A DNA stretch of 64,000 nt from Desulfobacterales bacterium (GTDB lineage: Bacteria; Desulfobacterota; Desulfobacteria; Desulfobacterales; UBA5852). Position 1 is the first letter of the stretch. Each line of letters opens with the position of its first letter. This document shows positions 1-12,437 of this stretch, piece by piece. The stretch is from positions 160,001 through 224,000 of the forward strand of contig CAXXVS010000001.1 of the NCBI GenBank assembly GCA_963674755.2. The letters run 5' to 3'. The translations under genes and the position numbers were made by a program. The notes beneath the pieces are model-generated. The model saw nothing but the letters and a program-made list of their open reading frames with translations, was not told where the DNA came from and did no database searches.

Positions 1-822
1 GTGCCCTTCGGCGCCTTCGTGGAGCTGGTGCCGGGGGTGGAGGGCCTGGTGCACGTATCCGAATTGAGCTGGTCCCGGGTGGAGAAAGCCGGCGATGTGG
101 TCCGGGAGGGCGACCGGTTGACCGTCAAGGTCCTGGACATCAAGCCGGGCGAGGGCGGCAAACCGCCCAAGATCTCCCTGTCCCATAAGCAGGCCGGCGA
201 AGATCCCTGGACGACGACCATCGAACGCTTCCAGGCCGGCCAGGCGGTGCCGGCCAAGATCACCCGTTGCGCGCCCTTCGGGGCCTTTGCCGAGCTGGCC
301 CCGGGCATCGAAGGCCTGATTCACATCAGTGAACTCAGCTTTACCCAGCGGGTCCGCAAGCCCGAAGATCTGGTGACCCCCGGCGAGACCGTTTCCGTCA
401 TGATCAAATCCGTGGACCGGGCCCAGCGTAAACTCTCCCTGAGCCTGCGGGATGTGGCCGGCGACCCCTGGCAAACGCTTTCCGAAAAATACCGGGTGGG
501 GCAGGTCGTGGAAGGGACGGTGGAGAAAAAAGCGCCCTTCGGCCTTTTTGTGAGCATCACGCCGGGTGTCACGGGACTGCTGCCCAAGGCGCGCTGGAGC
601 GACGCCATCGAGCCCGGCCGTCTGGAAAACGCGCGGCCGGGGGAGAAGCTCGCCGTGGCCATCGAGAGCATCGACCTCGAACAGCGCCGCATCGGCCTGG
701 GGCCGGGGGAGCGGGCCGACGGCGGCGGGGACTGGCAGTCCTTCGCACCGACGGAGGACAGCGGCATGGGATCCCTGGCCGACAAGCTGCAAGCCGCCCT
801 GAAGGCCAAGAAAGACGATTGA
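1..822 (+). CDS. rpsA: 30S ribosomal protein S1-family protein (C-terminal part; runs in from window edge)
   Basis: Three tandem S1 repeats ([61 protein letters not shown]); could be an S1 paralogue. Confidence 0.8.
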   Translation: MPFGAFVELVPGVEGLVHVSELSWSRVEKAGDVVREGDRLTVKVLDIKPGEGGKPPKISLSHKQAGEDPWTTTIERFQAGQAVPAKITRCAPFGAFAELAPGIEGLIHISELSFTQRVRKPEDLVTPGETVSVMIKSVDRAQRKLSLSLRDVAGDPWQTLSEKYRVGQVVEGTVEKKAPFGLFVSITPGVTGLLPKARWSDAIEPGRLENARPGEKLAVAIESIDLEQRRIGLGPGERADGGGDWQSFAPTEDSGMGSLADKLQAALKAKKDD

Positions 823-861
823 CGTCGAAGTCTAACGTGCCCCGGCAGGGTGAAAAATTCC

Positions 862-2745
862 CTACCGGGGGGCTTTGGCGGGCGATTCCGCAAAGGGCAG
901 ATTCAGTTCGTAGACCCCTTCGACCATGCGGGCCTCCACCGTCAGGCCGCTCTTCTCGAACACCTTGAGCATGGATTTGTTGGAGCTCAGGACGTCGGCT
1001 GTGAAGCCCCGCAGACCGCGTTCCCTGGCCAGCCGGATCAGCATTTTCAACATGAAGGTGGCGATGCCGCAGCCCTGGTATTGTTCGTCCACCACAAAGG
1101 CCACCTCGGCCACCGGCGCGTGGGCCTCCCGCACAAAACGGGCCTCCGCGATGAGGCTGCCTTCCCCCAGTTCCCGCACCAGCCCCACGATGGAAAGCGT
1201 CCGGCGGTAGTCCACGTTGACGTATTCCTGCATCTTGGCGTGGGGCATGGTCTTGATGGGGCTGAAATAGCGGTAGTAGACGGAGGTGTCGGAAAAGCGG
1301 TAGAACAGGCGGCGCATGTCCTCCACGTCCGAGGGCTTGATGGCCCGGAAGTCCACGGTCAGGTCGTCCTTGAAGGTGTGGCGGGTGGCGATTTCCGCCG
1401 GGTACAGGCGGGCGCTGTCCGCCAGATAGATCTGGTTGGGGTAGAGCATGTGCGCCTGCTTGGCCTGGGCCACCAGGGCTTCGCGGTCGTCCGGGTGGGC
1501 GATTTCGATCAGGGCCAGAGCCCGTTCGCGCACGGTGCGTCCCCGCAGATAGGCAACCCCGTATTCGGTGGCCACCATGTCCACGGATTCACGCAGGTTG
1601 AACTGATTCGGGAACTGCTCGACACTCAGGCGGATATTGGCCTCGCCCTTCCGATTGCGGCTGGGGAGGGCAAAAATGGATTTGCCCGCCGGGGACAGTT
1701 CCGCGCCGCTGACGATGTCCACCGCCTCCGCCGGTCCGGCCACCACGTTGCCCCGGCCGGCATGCAGGGCGATGCGGCCGGACAGGTCCACCTTGCGCAC
1801 CGGCAGGATGGAGACGAAATTGGGATTGCTGCCGATTTGCATAGGGTTCAGGACCCGGTCGGTGCCCTGGAATTCGATCAGGGGGTTGCGGTCCAGCCAT
1901 TTGAGGAGCTCCGGCGTGCCAAAGGCATAGGACGTCACCGATTTGCCCCGGAAGAGCCCTTTGCGGCGGTTGGTGACCGCCCCGCTTTGAACAAGCCGCA
2001 TGGCCGCATCCGTGAGGAAGGGCGTGTGAATTCCCAGGTTGCGTTTGTGGCGCAGATGGTTGCTCAGGGCCTCATAGAGCGGTCCGATGGAAAAGGCCAG
2101 GCAGCTGCCGTCCTCGACGTGGGCGGCCACATTGGCGGCGATGCGGTCGAAGACCTCGTCCACCGGCCAGCAGGGGAAATAAATCGGGGGATCGCCGGCC
2201 TCCACCAGGAGATCGAACTCGGACAGGTGGACGAAGGTATCCCCGTAGGTGTAAGGGGTCCGGGTGTTGATTTCGCCGATCACCAGAGAGGCGGCTTCCA
2301 GGGCTTGGCGCCCGGCATCCACGGCCACTCCCAGGCTGCAATAGCCGGCCTCGTTGGGCGGCGTGATTTGCAGGATGGCCACGTCGAAAGGAATCTGGCC
2401 GGACTCGATGAGTTCGGGAATCCGGGCGAAACGGGTGGGGATCAAATCCACCCGCCCGGTGGCAATGGCTTCGCTGGCGACCCAGCCGGAGAAAAACGTC
2501 CGCAGGCGGTATTTGTGGGACTGCAACTCCCGCACCGAGATGGCATCCCCGAAGCTTACGATCTGGGTCAGCTCCAGGTCCTGCAGATTGGCGGCACTGG
2601 AGGCCATCAGCGATTTGACCATGGTCAAAGGTTCCGCCACGCCGGTGCCGATGAAAATGCTCATGCCCGGCTCGATGCGCGCCAGGGCCTGGTCAGGGGT
2701 GACGGTGTGCTGCTGCCATTCGGCAGGGGTAATGGCGGTCATCAT
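862..2745 (-). CDS. Acetyl-CoA hydrolase/transferase family protein with C-terminal GNAT domain
   Basis: N-terminal CoA-transferase motifs (PPNEAGYCSLGVAVD, VATEYGVAYLRGRTVRERALALIEIAHPDDRE); C-terminal GNAT (AEVAFVVDEQYQGCGIAT). Confidence 0.85.
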   Translation of the reverse strand: MMTAITPAEWQQHTVTPDQALARIEPGMSIFIGTGVAEPLTMVKSLMASSAANLQDLELTQIVSFGDAISVRELQSHKYRLRTFFSGWVASEAIATGRVDLIPTRFARIPELIESGQIPFDVAILQITPPNEAGYCSLGVAVDAGRQALEAASLVIGEINTRTPYTYGDTFVHLSEFDLLVEAGDPPIYFPCWPVDEVFDRIAANVAAHVEDGSCLAFSIGPLYEALSNHLRHKRNLGIHTPFLTDAAMRLVQSGAVTNRRKGLFRGKSVTSYAFGTPELLKWLDRNPLIEFQGTDRVLNPMQIGSNPNFVSILPVRKVDLSGRIALHAGRGNVVAGPAEAVDIVSGAELSPAGKSIFALPSRNRKGEANIRLSVEQFPNQFNLRESVDMVATEYGVAYLRGRTVRERALALIEIAHPDDREALVAQAKQAHMLYPNQIYLADSARLYPAEIATRHTFKDDLTVDFRAIKPSDVEDMRRLFYRFSDTSVYYRYFSPIKTMPHAKMQEYVNVDYRRTLSIVGLVRELGEGSLIAEARFVREAHAPVAEVAFVVDEQYQGCGIATFMLKMLIRLARERGLRGFTADVLSSNKSMLKVFEKSGLTVEARMVEGVYELNLPFAESPAKAPR

Positions 2746-2764
2746 ATGTCCTTCGGTTTTTTAG

Positions 2765-2951
2765 CAGTGCCCATCCAGAAACGGCATCTTTGGGCTCCGG
2801 CTCCGCCGCCGGTGAGTAAATCCACCTTTGACGGACAAGTCGGCGTTCCCGCTCTTTGGAAATCCTCGCCGTAGCCCAAGCTGCGCCTGTGGTTTCCAAT
2901 TCGTTGCGGCTTTGAACGGAACCAAAAGCCACCATTTCCGGACGGGCACTG
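2765..2951. repeat. Long-hairpin intergenic repeat, family B copy 1
   Basis: Terminal IR CAGTGCCCATCCAGAAA / TTTCCGGACGGGCACTG; internal blocks GGCATCTTT, CGGCGTT, ATCCTCG, GCCTGTGGTTT, GAACCAAAA shared with other copies. Confidence 0.7.
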
Positions 2952-3226
2952 ATTTACGGGCAGCTGGTCTTGCCTTTCGAGGCAACCTTAATCCCTGAAT
3001 CGTGCGTTTAAAGGCCCGCGGGGGTTGGCTACCCGACGGCCGCCCTAATACGTAAAGCCGCCCCGCGCCGTTGCGTGAGGTTTGCGGGTTCCCCGGCATT
3101 GACAACCACAAAGGGTCGATGCAATTTAACTCTGTTGGTTCAACGACCGGCCGACGGAACGACAAACGCTTCAAGCACTCCGGATCGAGGGCACCTTGAT
3201 ACGGACTTCATGAGGACGACACCCCT

Positions 3227-4447
3227 ATGATGGATCGACGTGGCGGCATCTTACAACGGATGCCCTTAATTCTGGTCATGATCGCCCTGGTCAGCGGAGG
3301 GCTTGGGGGGACGACCCCCGGGCTGGCGGCCGACCGGCCTTTGCCCGAGACCATCCAACCGGCCCTGGATTATCTGCTGGAGGTCAACGGCAGTCTCGGC
3401 ACGGATACCGTCATGCCGGACAAACTGGCGCCCCTGGTGGCTTTCATCCTTCAGGACAAATCGGCCGACGCCCACTACATCGGCACCTCCCACGAGCTGC
3501 TGGATCCCCTTGTATACCACGAATTCGATGTACGGCAATCCCTGGCCAAGATTCTGGACTATGCTTTTAACCCTGTCATACCGTCCCATGTTTTGGCCTT
3601 GTCCTCGGTTCGTCTGGCCTATTGGAAGGAAGTCGAGGGCCAGCCCGGACCTTTCCCCAGGGCGCTTTCCGATCGGCTGGTCAACCTCGAGGCCCCTCTC
3701 GTGGTCCACGGTGTGGAGCACGAGGAGATCACCCCCGACCTGACTTCCGGCGCCTATTACAGCTACGACTTGAACCGGACCCTGATGCTTGTCCGGGTGG
3801 CGGACCGCCTGGTCTGGATCTCCCTGGCCCGGCAGATGGGTCCCTCCGATGTGGGCCGTAAAGGCTATGTCCTGGGACCGGATGATGCCTGGAACTACCT
3901 TTACAGCGGGGAAAAAGGCGTGAATCTGTTCGGGCTGGGCTGGGTCGAGACCTATATGTACGATGCCTTTTCGGCGCTGGTGTTCGTTCAGGAAAAGAAC
4001 AGCCCGTACCGGGTGCGTTGCGGCGCCTTCAAATGGCTGCGGGCCGGCTGGAGCAATATGAATTTCGTCCGGCCCGAGCATATCCGGCGCGGACTGGAGC
4101 GTTACGCCGACACGTTTAAGGCGATTATCGACGCCCCCGAACTGCCGGCCCCCTCCCAGATCGCCGCGGCGGTCGACACCATCGACGCCTTGAGCCCGGC
4201 GGAGATGCAGGTCCAGGCCCGCGAGCGGCTGGGGAAACTCGCGGTGCGCTATAGCGACGACGATCAGTTCCCGCGCGAATGGTACCAAGAGGATGTGGTC
4301 AACGGCCCTTACCTGAAAGCATTGACCCGCCGCCAACTGGAAGCCCTTATTTTCCTGGATTACATGAAAGAAGCCCTCGGCCGGCAGTCCGATCCGGGGC
4401 AGAAATTGGCCTGGACCGGGTACGGGACCGGAGACGCGATCCCGTGA
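3227..4447 (+). CDS. Hypothetical exported protein
   Basis: 406-aa ORF with hydrophobic N-terminal signal-like segment, GAGGA upstream, host-like codon usage. Confidence 0.75.
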   Translation: MMDRRGGILQRMPLILVMIALVSGGLGGTTPGLAADRPLPETIQPALDYLLEVNGSLGTDTVMPDKLAPLVAFILQDKSADAHYIGTSHELLDPLVYHEFDVRQSLAKILDYAFNPVIPSHVLALSSVRLAYWKEVEGQPGPFPRALSDRLVNLEAPLVVHGVEHEEITPDLTSGAYYSYDLNRTLMLVRVADRLVWISLARQMGPSDVGRKGYVLGPDDAWNYLYSGEKGVNLFGLGWVETYMYDAFSALVFVQEKNSPYRVRCGAFKWLRAGWSNMNFVRPEHIRRGLERYADTFKAIIDAPELPAPSQIAAAVDTIDALSPAEMQVQARERLGKLAVRYSDDDQFPREWYQEDVVNGPYLKALTRRQLEALIFLDYMKEALGRQSDPGQKLAWTGYGTGDAIP

Positions 4448-5133
4448 AGATCGCGCATCGCCTGGCGATACTCAACCATCTTTACGGCGTATACGACCGC
4501 TTCTGCAGCGACCTCGACGGTCTGGCCTGCCGCAAGTTTTGTGATAGCTGCTGCTCCCGCAATGTCACCCTGACGACCCTCGAAGGGCTGCATCTGCTCC
4601 AGGGATTGGCGGCGGACCGGCGCGAAAACTGCCTTGCCATCCTGGCCGGCGATCAAGGACCAAGCCACTTCCAACCGCGCTATACCACCAACCAGATCGC
4701 GACCCTCTGCCGGGAGGGGCACGAACCGCCGGATGACGCGGTGGACCATGACGGCTCCCGCTGCCCGTTTTTGGCGGATGGGGCCTGCGTCCTTTACGGC
4801 TTGCGCCCCTTCGGCTGCCGCGGCATGCTCTCCCGGCACCCTTGCGGCGACCAGGGCTATGCCGATCAGGACGACTGGCTGCTCACGGTCAATACGGTCT
4901 TTCTCCAAACCATCGAACACATCGACTGCCCCGGGGGGTTCGGCAATTTGCAGGACGTCCTTCTGGCCCTGGGGACGGAAGAGCGGCGGGCGGCCTACCG
5001 GGAGGGGCGGCCGCCCCTGGATGCGGAGGGCCTGATTCCCAACCAACCGGCCCCCATGTTGATGGTGCCGCCGGAGCACCGGGAGCGGATCCAGCCGCTG
5101 CTGGCAGAGATGCAGCGGGGGATGGAGGCGTGA
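4444..5133 (+). CDS. Cys-cluster protein (YkgJ/UPF0153-like, CxxCxxCC)
   Basis: CRKFCDSCC, CPFL...CVLYGLRPFGCR; GTG start overlaps upstream TGA (GTGA). Confidence 0.75.
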   Translation: MKIAHRLAILNHLYGVYDRFCSDLDGLACRKFCDSCCSRNVTLTTLEGLHLLQGLAADRRENCLAILAGDQGPSHFQPRYTTNQIATLCREGHEPPDDAVDHDGSRCPFLADGACVLYGLRPFGCRGMLSRHPCGDQGYADQDDWLLTVNTVFLQTIEHIDCPGGFGNLQDVLLALGTEERRAAYREGRPPLDAEGLIPNQPAPMLMVPPEHRERIQPLLAEMQRGMEA

Positions 5134-5207
5134 GGCTTGTCTGGGACATAGGCGGATAGGGATGCATTAGAACCGCGCCAAAGTTGTGAATCGTAACGGA
5201 TTGACGT

Positions 5208-5405
5208 GTTACTTTTCTTCCGGGCGGAAGAAAAGTAACCAAAAGAAGGCGCCCTGTCACGAGCCCTTCGGGCCCGCCCGGGTTTCGGAACCATGGCCGG
5301 ACGCGCCGAAACTCGCCCCGCCTTCGCTTTGGCTACGGCGGGACTCAGACAGTCGCCACGTCTTTATCGGCCCTGGATCAGAACCCCGGGCCTCGTGACA
5401 AAGGG
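5208..5405. repeat. Structured intergenic repeat, family A copy 1
   Basis: Hairpin GTTACTTTTCTTCC-GGGC-GGAAGAAAAGTAAC followed by nested stems; homologous to 13159-13360. Confidence 0.8.
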
Positions 5406-5514
5406 AACTGAACAACGCCTATCACAAACGGTCCCGGGGTCCGCCGGAAGTGAACATATCGATCGTGGGAAGGGTTTTAAAACTTTTAAGTTTTCATGTC
5501 GCTGTCGTTTTTCA

Positions 5515-5548
5515 CTTGGATCCTGGGCCCCCTGGATTCTTGAACCCT
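5515..5548 (-). repeat. Degenerate 8-bp tandem repeat
   Basis: CTTGGATC CTGGGCCC CCTGGATT CTTGAACC; reverse complement matches units at 20445-20476. Confidence 0.55.
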
Positions 5549-5558
5549 AAGGTTCTTG

Positions 5559-6407
5559 CTACGAAACCGCCAGACCCAGTACCCGCGCCGCATTGCCGCC
5601 CTTGATGAGCGCCTTGTCGTCTTCACTGAGGGGACGGGCGTCGATTTCGCGGAAGTAGCGGGAGGGTTTGAGCAGGGGGCAGTCGGTGCCGAAGAGGATT
5701 TTGTCGATGCCCACGAGGCCGGCCGCGGTTTCCCAGATAGCGGGATCGTAGAGGTAGGGCGAGGCGGCCGTGTCGAAGTAGACGTTGCGCAGGGTTTCGC
5801 GGACCTCTTTTTTCAGCAGGGCATAGAAGAACAGCCCGCCGCCCCAGTGGGCCAGGATGAGGCGGTTGTCGGGAAAGCGTTTGGCCAGGTTGTAGATCTG
5901 GCTCAGGGTGTTGGGGGATTTTCCGGGATACTGGTGCCCCACCGGCTCGTTGGTGTGGATCAGGACCAGGGCGTCCTTGGCGCGGCAGATGTCCATGATG
6001 GGTTCCAGGCGGTCCAGCTTATCGGGGGTGATGCCCGCTTCGTAGAAGGCCAGTTCGCCCACGCCGGCCAGCCCGCCTTCCAGGCAGCGCTGGGTCTCGT
6101 CAGGGGCCGCGGGGTGGTCGGCATCGAAGCAGGCCAGTCCGATCAGGCGGTCCGGATGGGCGGCCACGGCCTCCATGATATAGTCGTTCTGGCGCCGGAA
6201 GCGGTCTTCCGACTGCCAGGGAAAGCCGAACACCACCGAGCGGTCGACCCCCTCTTCGTCCATGATGGCAATCAGCTCCCGGGCACCGATCATGCAGGCG
6301 CGGGGATCGTTGTAGAGCTGGTAGAAGGCATCCTCGGAGACAAAGCAGGCACTGCGGTCCTGTCGGATTTCCGGGGGGAAGATATGGGTGTGGATGTCGA
6401 TGATCAT
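5559..6407 (-). CDS. Amidohydrolase family protein (Amidohydro_2-like)
   Basis: MIIDIHTHIF, GVGEL, LILAHWGGG, VYFDTAASP, KILFGTDCP. Confidence 0.9.
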   Translation of the reverse strand: MIIDIHTHIFPPEIRQDRSACFVSEDAFYQLYNDPRACMIGARELIAIMDEEGVDRSVVFGFPWQSEDRFRRQNDYIMEAVAAHPDRLIGLACFDADHPAAPDETQRCLEGGLAGVGELAFYEAGITPDKLDRLEPIMDICRAKDALVLIHTNEPVGHQYPGKSPNTLSQIYNLAKRFPDNRLILAHWGGGLFFYALLKKEVRETLRNVYFDTAASPYLYDPAIWETAAGLVGIDKILFGTDCPLLKPSRYFREIDARPLSEDDKALIKGGNAARVLGLAVS

Positions 6408-6511
6408 GGGGTCGGCTCCGTTAGATTTGTGAAAAAAGGAACAACAGCATAACGTCAAAAGCTTTCACTGGTCGCCATAGCGGTTGCCGCGACCTGAAGG
6501 AGGTCCACCAA

Positions 6512-7060
6512 ATGTATTTCGATCAACCAGGAAAAGTCAACACGCCACAGACGTTGAAAGCGGCCGCCCGACGGGGACGGGAACTGGGATTGGATGAGAT
6601 CGTCCTGGCCACCACCAGCGGCGATACGGCTTACGAGGCCTTGAAACGCTGTCCCGGATTCACGATTACGGCGGTGACCTACCATTATGGGTTCAAGAAA
6701 CCCTTCGAGCCCGTGATGAAAGATACGGTGCGGCAGGATCTGACGGATAAGGGTGTGCGTGTGGTGGCCGCCACCCACGCCCTCTCCGGGGTGGAGCGCG
6801 GCGTGGCCAAGAAGCACGGCGGGGTCTGCCCGGTGCTCTTGATGGCCGACACCCTCAAGCTCTTCGGACAAGGCCTCAAGGTGGCGGTCGAGGTGGCCGT
6901 CATGGCGGCCGATGCCGGGGCGTTGTCCGGGCGGGATGTGATCGCCGTGGGCGGTTCTTCCAAAGGGGCCGATGCGGCCCTGGTGATCAAACCGGCCCAT
7001 GCCGCATCGTTTTTCGATATGCGGATACGCGAGATCGTCTGCAAGCCGCGCGAGTTTTAA
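6512..7060 (+). CDS. Pyruvate kinase C-terminal (alpha/beta) domain-like protein
   Basis: IVLATTSGDTA, THALSGVER, GQGLKVAVEVAVMAADAG, GADAALVIKPAH; AGGAGG RBS. Confidence 0.8.
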   Translation: MYFDQPGKVNTPQTLKAAARRGRELGLDEIVLATTSGDTAYEALKRCPGFTITAVTYHYGFKKPFEPVMKDTVRQDLTDKGVRVVAATHALSGVERGVAKKHGGVCPVLLMADTLKLFGQGLKVAVEVAVMAADAGALSGRDVIAVGGSSKGADAALVIKPAHAASFFDMRIREIVCKPREF

Positions 7061-7062
7061 AA

Positions 7063-7202
7063 GGTCCGTCTGGAAACGGCATCTTTCGTCCCAGGCCGGC
7101 GTTCTCGCGATTTTGCAATCCTCGACGTAGCGCTGCTACGCCTGCGGTTTCAAAATCACTGCGGCCTTGGCCTGAACCGAAATCTACCCTTTCCGAATAG
7201 CC
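7063..7202. repeat. Long-hairpin intergenic repeat, family B copy 2
   Basis: GGAAACGGCATCTTT...GCCGGCGTT...ATCCTCGACGTAGC-GCT-GCTACGCCTGCGGTTT...GCGGCCTTG...GAACCGAAATC...TTTCC. Confidence 0.7.
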
Positions 7203-7278
7203 ATGCAATGCTGTCCATGTTGTGCCCAATCTTGAGCCGGGAACCCAACAATTTCTCTATTACGGCACTTAAGAATCC

Positions 7279-7797
7279 ATGGAATCCGAAGACTATATTC
7301 AACCTGAAAATCAGCCCACGACGCATCCCGAACGCCACGTGGTGCTGGTGGCGCCGGAGGTGCACTGGAACACGGGCAATGTGGGCCGCACTTGCCTGGG
7401 AGCCGATGCCGCCCTGCATCTGGTGCGGCCCCTGGGGTTTTCCCTGGACAGCCGCCAGGTGAAGCGGGCCGGGCTGGATTACTGGCCCCGGGTGAATCTT
7501 ACGGTCTGGGAGGATTTCGAAGCCTTCCTGGAGACCATGGCACCCGCCCCCCGCGAAGTCTGCCTGTTCACCAAAGGGGCTTCCCGTTCCTACCGCCGCA
7601 TGCCCTTGCTGCCGCGCATGTTCCTCGTGTTCGGATCGGAAACCCGGGGACTGCCGGAGAGCATCCTGACCCGGTTTCCCGCCGCCCATTTCCATGTTCC
7701 CATCAGCCGGGCGATTCGCAGTCTGAACCTCTCCACCACGGTGGGCATCGTCCTCTATGAAAGCCTGCGTGAAGCGCCTGGTTGGCATGCCTGGTAA
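7279..7797 (+). CDS. trmL: tRNA (cytidine(34)-2'-O)-methyltransferase
   Basis: PEVHWNTGNVGRTC, LHLVRPLGFSL, KRAGLDYW, FGSETRGLP, IRSLNLS (SPOUT motifs). Confidence 0.9.
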   Translation: MESEDYIQPENQPTTHPERHVVLVAPEVHWNTGNVGRTCLGADAALHLVRPLGFSLDSRQVKRAGLDYWPRVNLTVWEDFEAFLETMAPAPREVCLFTKGASRSYRRMPLLPRMFLVFGSETRGLPESILTRFPAAHFHVPISRAIRSLNLSTTVGIVLYESLREAPGWHAW

Positions 7798-7800
7798 ATC

Positions 7801-7884
7801 ATTACTAATAGTATAAACATTTATTTAGTAATGTTTATAAAACGGTTGACAGTCTACCAATAATGTCTACATTGGATCTGTCAA
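7801..7884 (+). promoter_or_regulatory. Candidate sigma70 promoter of clpB with overlapping inverted repeats
   Basis: TTGACA 7846-7851, TACATT 7868-7873; IRs TATAAACATT/AATGTTTATA (7812-7839), ATTACTAA/TTAGTAAT (7801-7832), TTGACAG/CTGTCAA (7846-7884). Confidence 0.55.
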
Positions 7885-7925
7885 TTCAGGCTTTTCAGAG
7901 CCCATTATTTTTTTAGGAGGAATAG

Positions 7926-10508
<2,583 letters not shown>

Positions 10509-10523
10509 CGGTTTGATACCGTT

Positions 10524-10563
10524 AAAAAGCCGCCGGGCGCTATCGCTCCCGGCGGCTTTTTTT
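10524..10563 (+). terminator. Rho-independent terminator
   Basis: AAAAAGCCGCCGGG-loop-CCCGGCGGCTTTTTTT right after the clpB stop. Confidence 0.85.
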
Positions 10564-10700
10564 ATTGCCGAGCTTACCGATATCTTGGACATAGTCCCTT
10601 CGTTCTGTTAAGTAGCGCTTCGGTGCGAGATGCCGGAGGGTGATGCCGCGTAGAAACGCATACCGCGGATGGATCGCTCCGATTAACCGGAAAAGAGGCG

Positions 10701-11849
10701 ATGTCCGAAAACAAAAATAAAATCCGACTTATTCTGATCATCACGCTGCTCCTCGCCGCCGGTTTTCTGGCAACCAGCCTGGCCAGCTACTATGTAGCCC
10801 GGGCGGCCTTGCGCTCAGAAATCGCGCGCAACGAACTGCCCCTGACCAGCGACAGCATCTACTCCGAAATCCGTCATGATCTGCTGCGGCCGGTATTCAT
10901 TTCTTCGTTGATGGCCACCGACACCTTCCTGCGGGACTGGGTGATCGGGGGCGAGATCGACAAAGACAGGATCGTCAAATACCTCAAAGAAATCCAGGTG
11001 AAGCACGGCACGTACACGAGTTTCTTCGTTTCCGAAAAATCCCGCATTTATTACCATGCGGACGGCATTTTAAAAAAGGTCTCACCGGATGAGGCGCGCG
11101 ACCGCTGGTATTTCCGGGTCCGGGAAATGGCGGATGATTATGAAATCAATGTCGATCCCGATATGGCCAACCAGGATGCCATGACCATTTTCGTCAATTA
11201 TCGCGTCTATGATTACGACCACCACTATATCGGCGCCACCGGGGTGGGGTTGACCGTGGGGGCCGTGAAGGCGCTGATCAAAACCTACCAGGAACGATAT
11301 AACCGCACGATCTATTTCGTGGATCGGCAAGGCGTTGTAAAACTGGCCGGATTCGGATTCGACCCCACGGCCCCAAACATCTCCCAGTTACCTTTTTTTA
11401 CACAGCTTAAGGAGGAGGGAAACGGCTCTCCTCATCGGTCGCTGCGCTACGAAAAAGACGGCCATGTGACGCACGCCTACATTCGCACCATCGATGAATT
11501 CGACTGGTATCTCGTCGTGGAGCAGCCGGAGACGGAAACCATCCGGCAGATCCATACGACCCTTCTCGCCAACCTGGGTGTTTGTATCGCCGTAACCCTC
11601 GTGGTCCTGGCCCTGATCAACGCCGCCGTGAGCGCCTATCAGAAAAGGATCGAAACCCTGCGGGGCATCGTCCCGATCTGCTCCTATTGCAAGCAGATCC
11701 GGGACGACAAGGGCTACTGGAACAAAGTCGAGGAATATGTCAGCCAGCATACCGACGCCAAGTTCAGCCACTCCATCTGCCCTGCCTGCCTGCAGGAGCA
11801 TTTCCCCCGGGAATACGAGGCGATTCAAGAAAAAAACGACCGGCCGTAA
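10701..11849 (+). CDS. Membrane sensor: Cache-like periplasmic domain with C-terminal CxxC...CPxC module
   Basis: Two TM segments flanking a Cache-like region (RDRWYF, IGATGVGL); C-terminus PICSYCKQIRDDKGYW...FSHSICPAC; no kinase or cyclase domain. Confidence 0.8.
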   Translation: MSENKNKIRLILIITLLLAAGFLATSLASYYVARAALRSEIARNELPLTSDSIYSEIRHDLLRPVFISSLMATDTFLRDWVIGGEIDKDRIVKYLKEIQVKHGTYTSFFVSEKSRIYYHADGILKKVSPDEARDRWYFRVREMADDYEINVDPDMANQDAMTIFVNYRVYDYDHHYIGATGVGLTVGAVKALIKTYQERYNRTIYFVDRQGVVKLAGFGFDPTAPNISQLPFFTQLKEEGNGSPHRSLRYEKDGHVTHAYIRTIDEFDWYLVVEQPETETIRQIHTTLLANLGVCIAVTLVVLALINAAVSAYQKRIETLRGIVPICSYCKQIRDDKGYWNKVEEYVSQHTDAKFSHSICPACLQEHFPREYEAIQEKNDRP

Positions 11850-12356
11850 GCGTTCTCATGCGATGCGTCGAAATCGATAGCGCCATCGGAACCTAAGCAT
11901 CAAGGAAGTCCTGCCTGTCTCCCCAAGCGCTTCAATTGCCGTATTTCTGTTGAGTTGCACCGCTCGGAAAAAGCTTTGGATCCATGGGGCATGCCTGCAA
12001 ATAAAGGCATAATGCCCTGCGGACAGTGCACCCGATCGACATTGTTCCCCGTAACATCTTGAAATAACGCTTTATGAGTTCACCCATAGGGCGCTTGCTG
12101 AAAAATACAAAGATCCTGAATTCATGGAAACAAAATGCCTTCGGAATCGCATTTCGTAAACTGGTCCTCAACATTCTGGATAAGCGTGATCAAATCAAAA
12201 AGTTAGATTCAAGCAATGTTAGCGGCACTGATTAGATCTCGGGACCGACATCCGGGATGATCAGGTTTCTATCTACCTGACGTGTTGTAACCCATCTTCC
12301 TTCCTCTGCCACATCGTTAGCATTACGCATTCCAGTTGGCCGCTGACGAATCCAAG

Positions 12357-12410
12357 TTGACAGCTTCCTGTTTGGCGTTATATTGGATTTAATTAATGAC
12401 CGACCGGTCA
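12357..12410 (+). promoter_or_regulatory. sigma70 promoter and candidate TetR operator
   Basis: TTGACA 12357-12362, TATATT 12379-12384, palindrome TGACCG-AC-CGGTCA 12397-12410. Confidence 0.65.
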
Positions 12411-12437
12411 GTATTGGTAATCACCGGAGGAAATCTT

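Noticed and set aside
850..2874. 674-aa plus-strand ORF (and similar long antisense ORFs at 8712-10592, 43247-44584, 52293-53957, 61707-63659)
   Set aside because: Shadow frames opposite well-supported genes, expected from GC-rich codon bias; no motifs.
2955..3140. Possible riboswitch upstream of the CoA-transferase/GNAT gene
   Set aside because: There is a TTGCCT-TTCG-AGGCAA hairpin and a GCAAACC word, but I could not match a full known aptamer consensus; an Rfam scan would be needed.
11850..12350. Small ORFs or ncRNA in the lower-GC intergenic stretch
   Set aside because: No RBS-supported ORF with motifs and no convincing structure.
12396..12437. ATG 12396 as the TetR start
   Set aside because: No SD and it overlaps the operator palindrome; TTG 12438 has GGAGG at good spacing.
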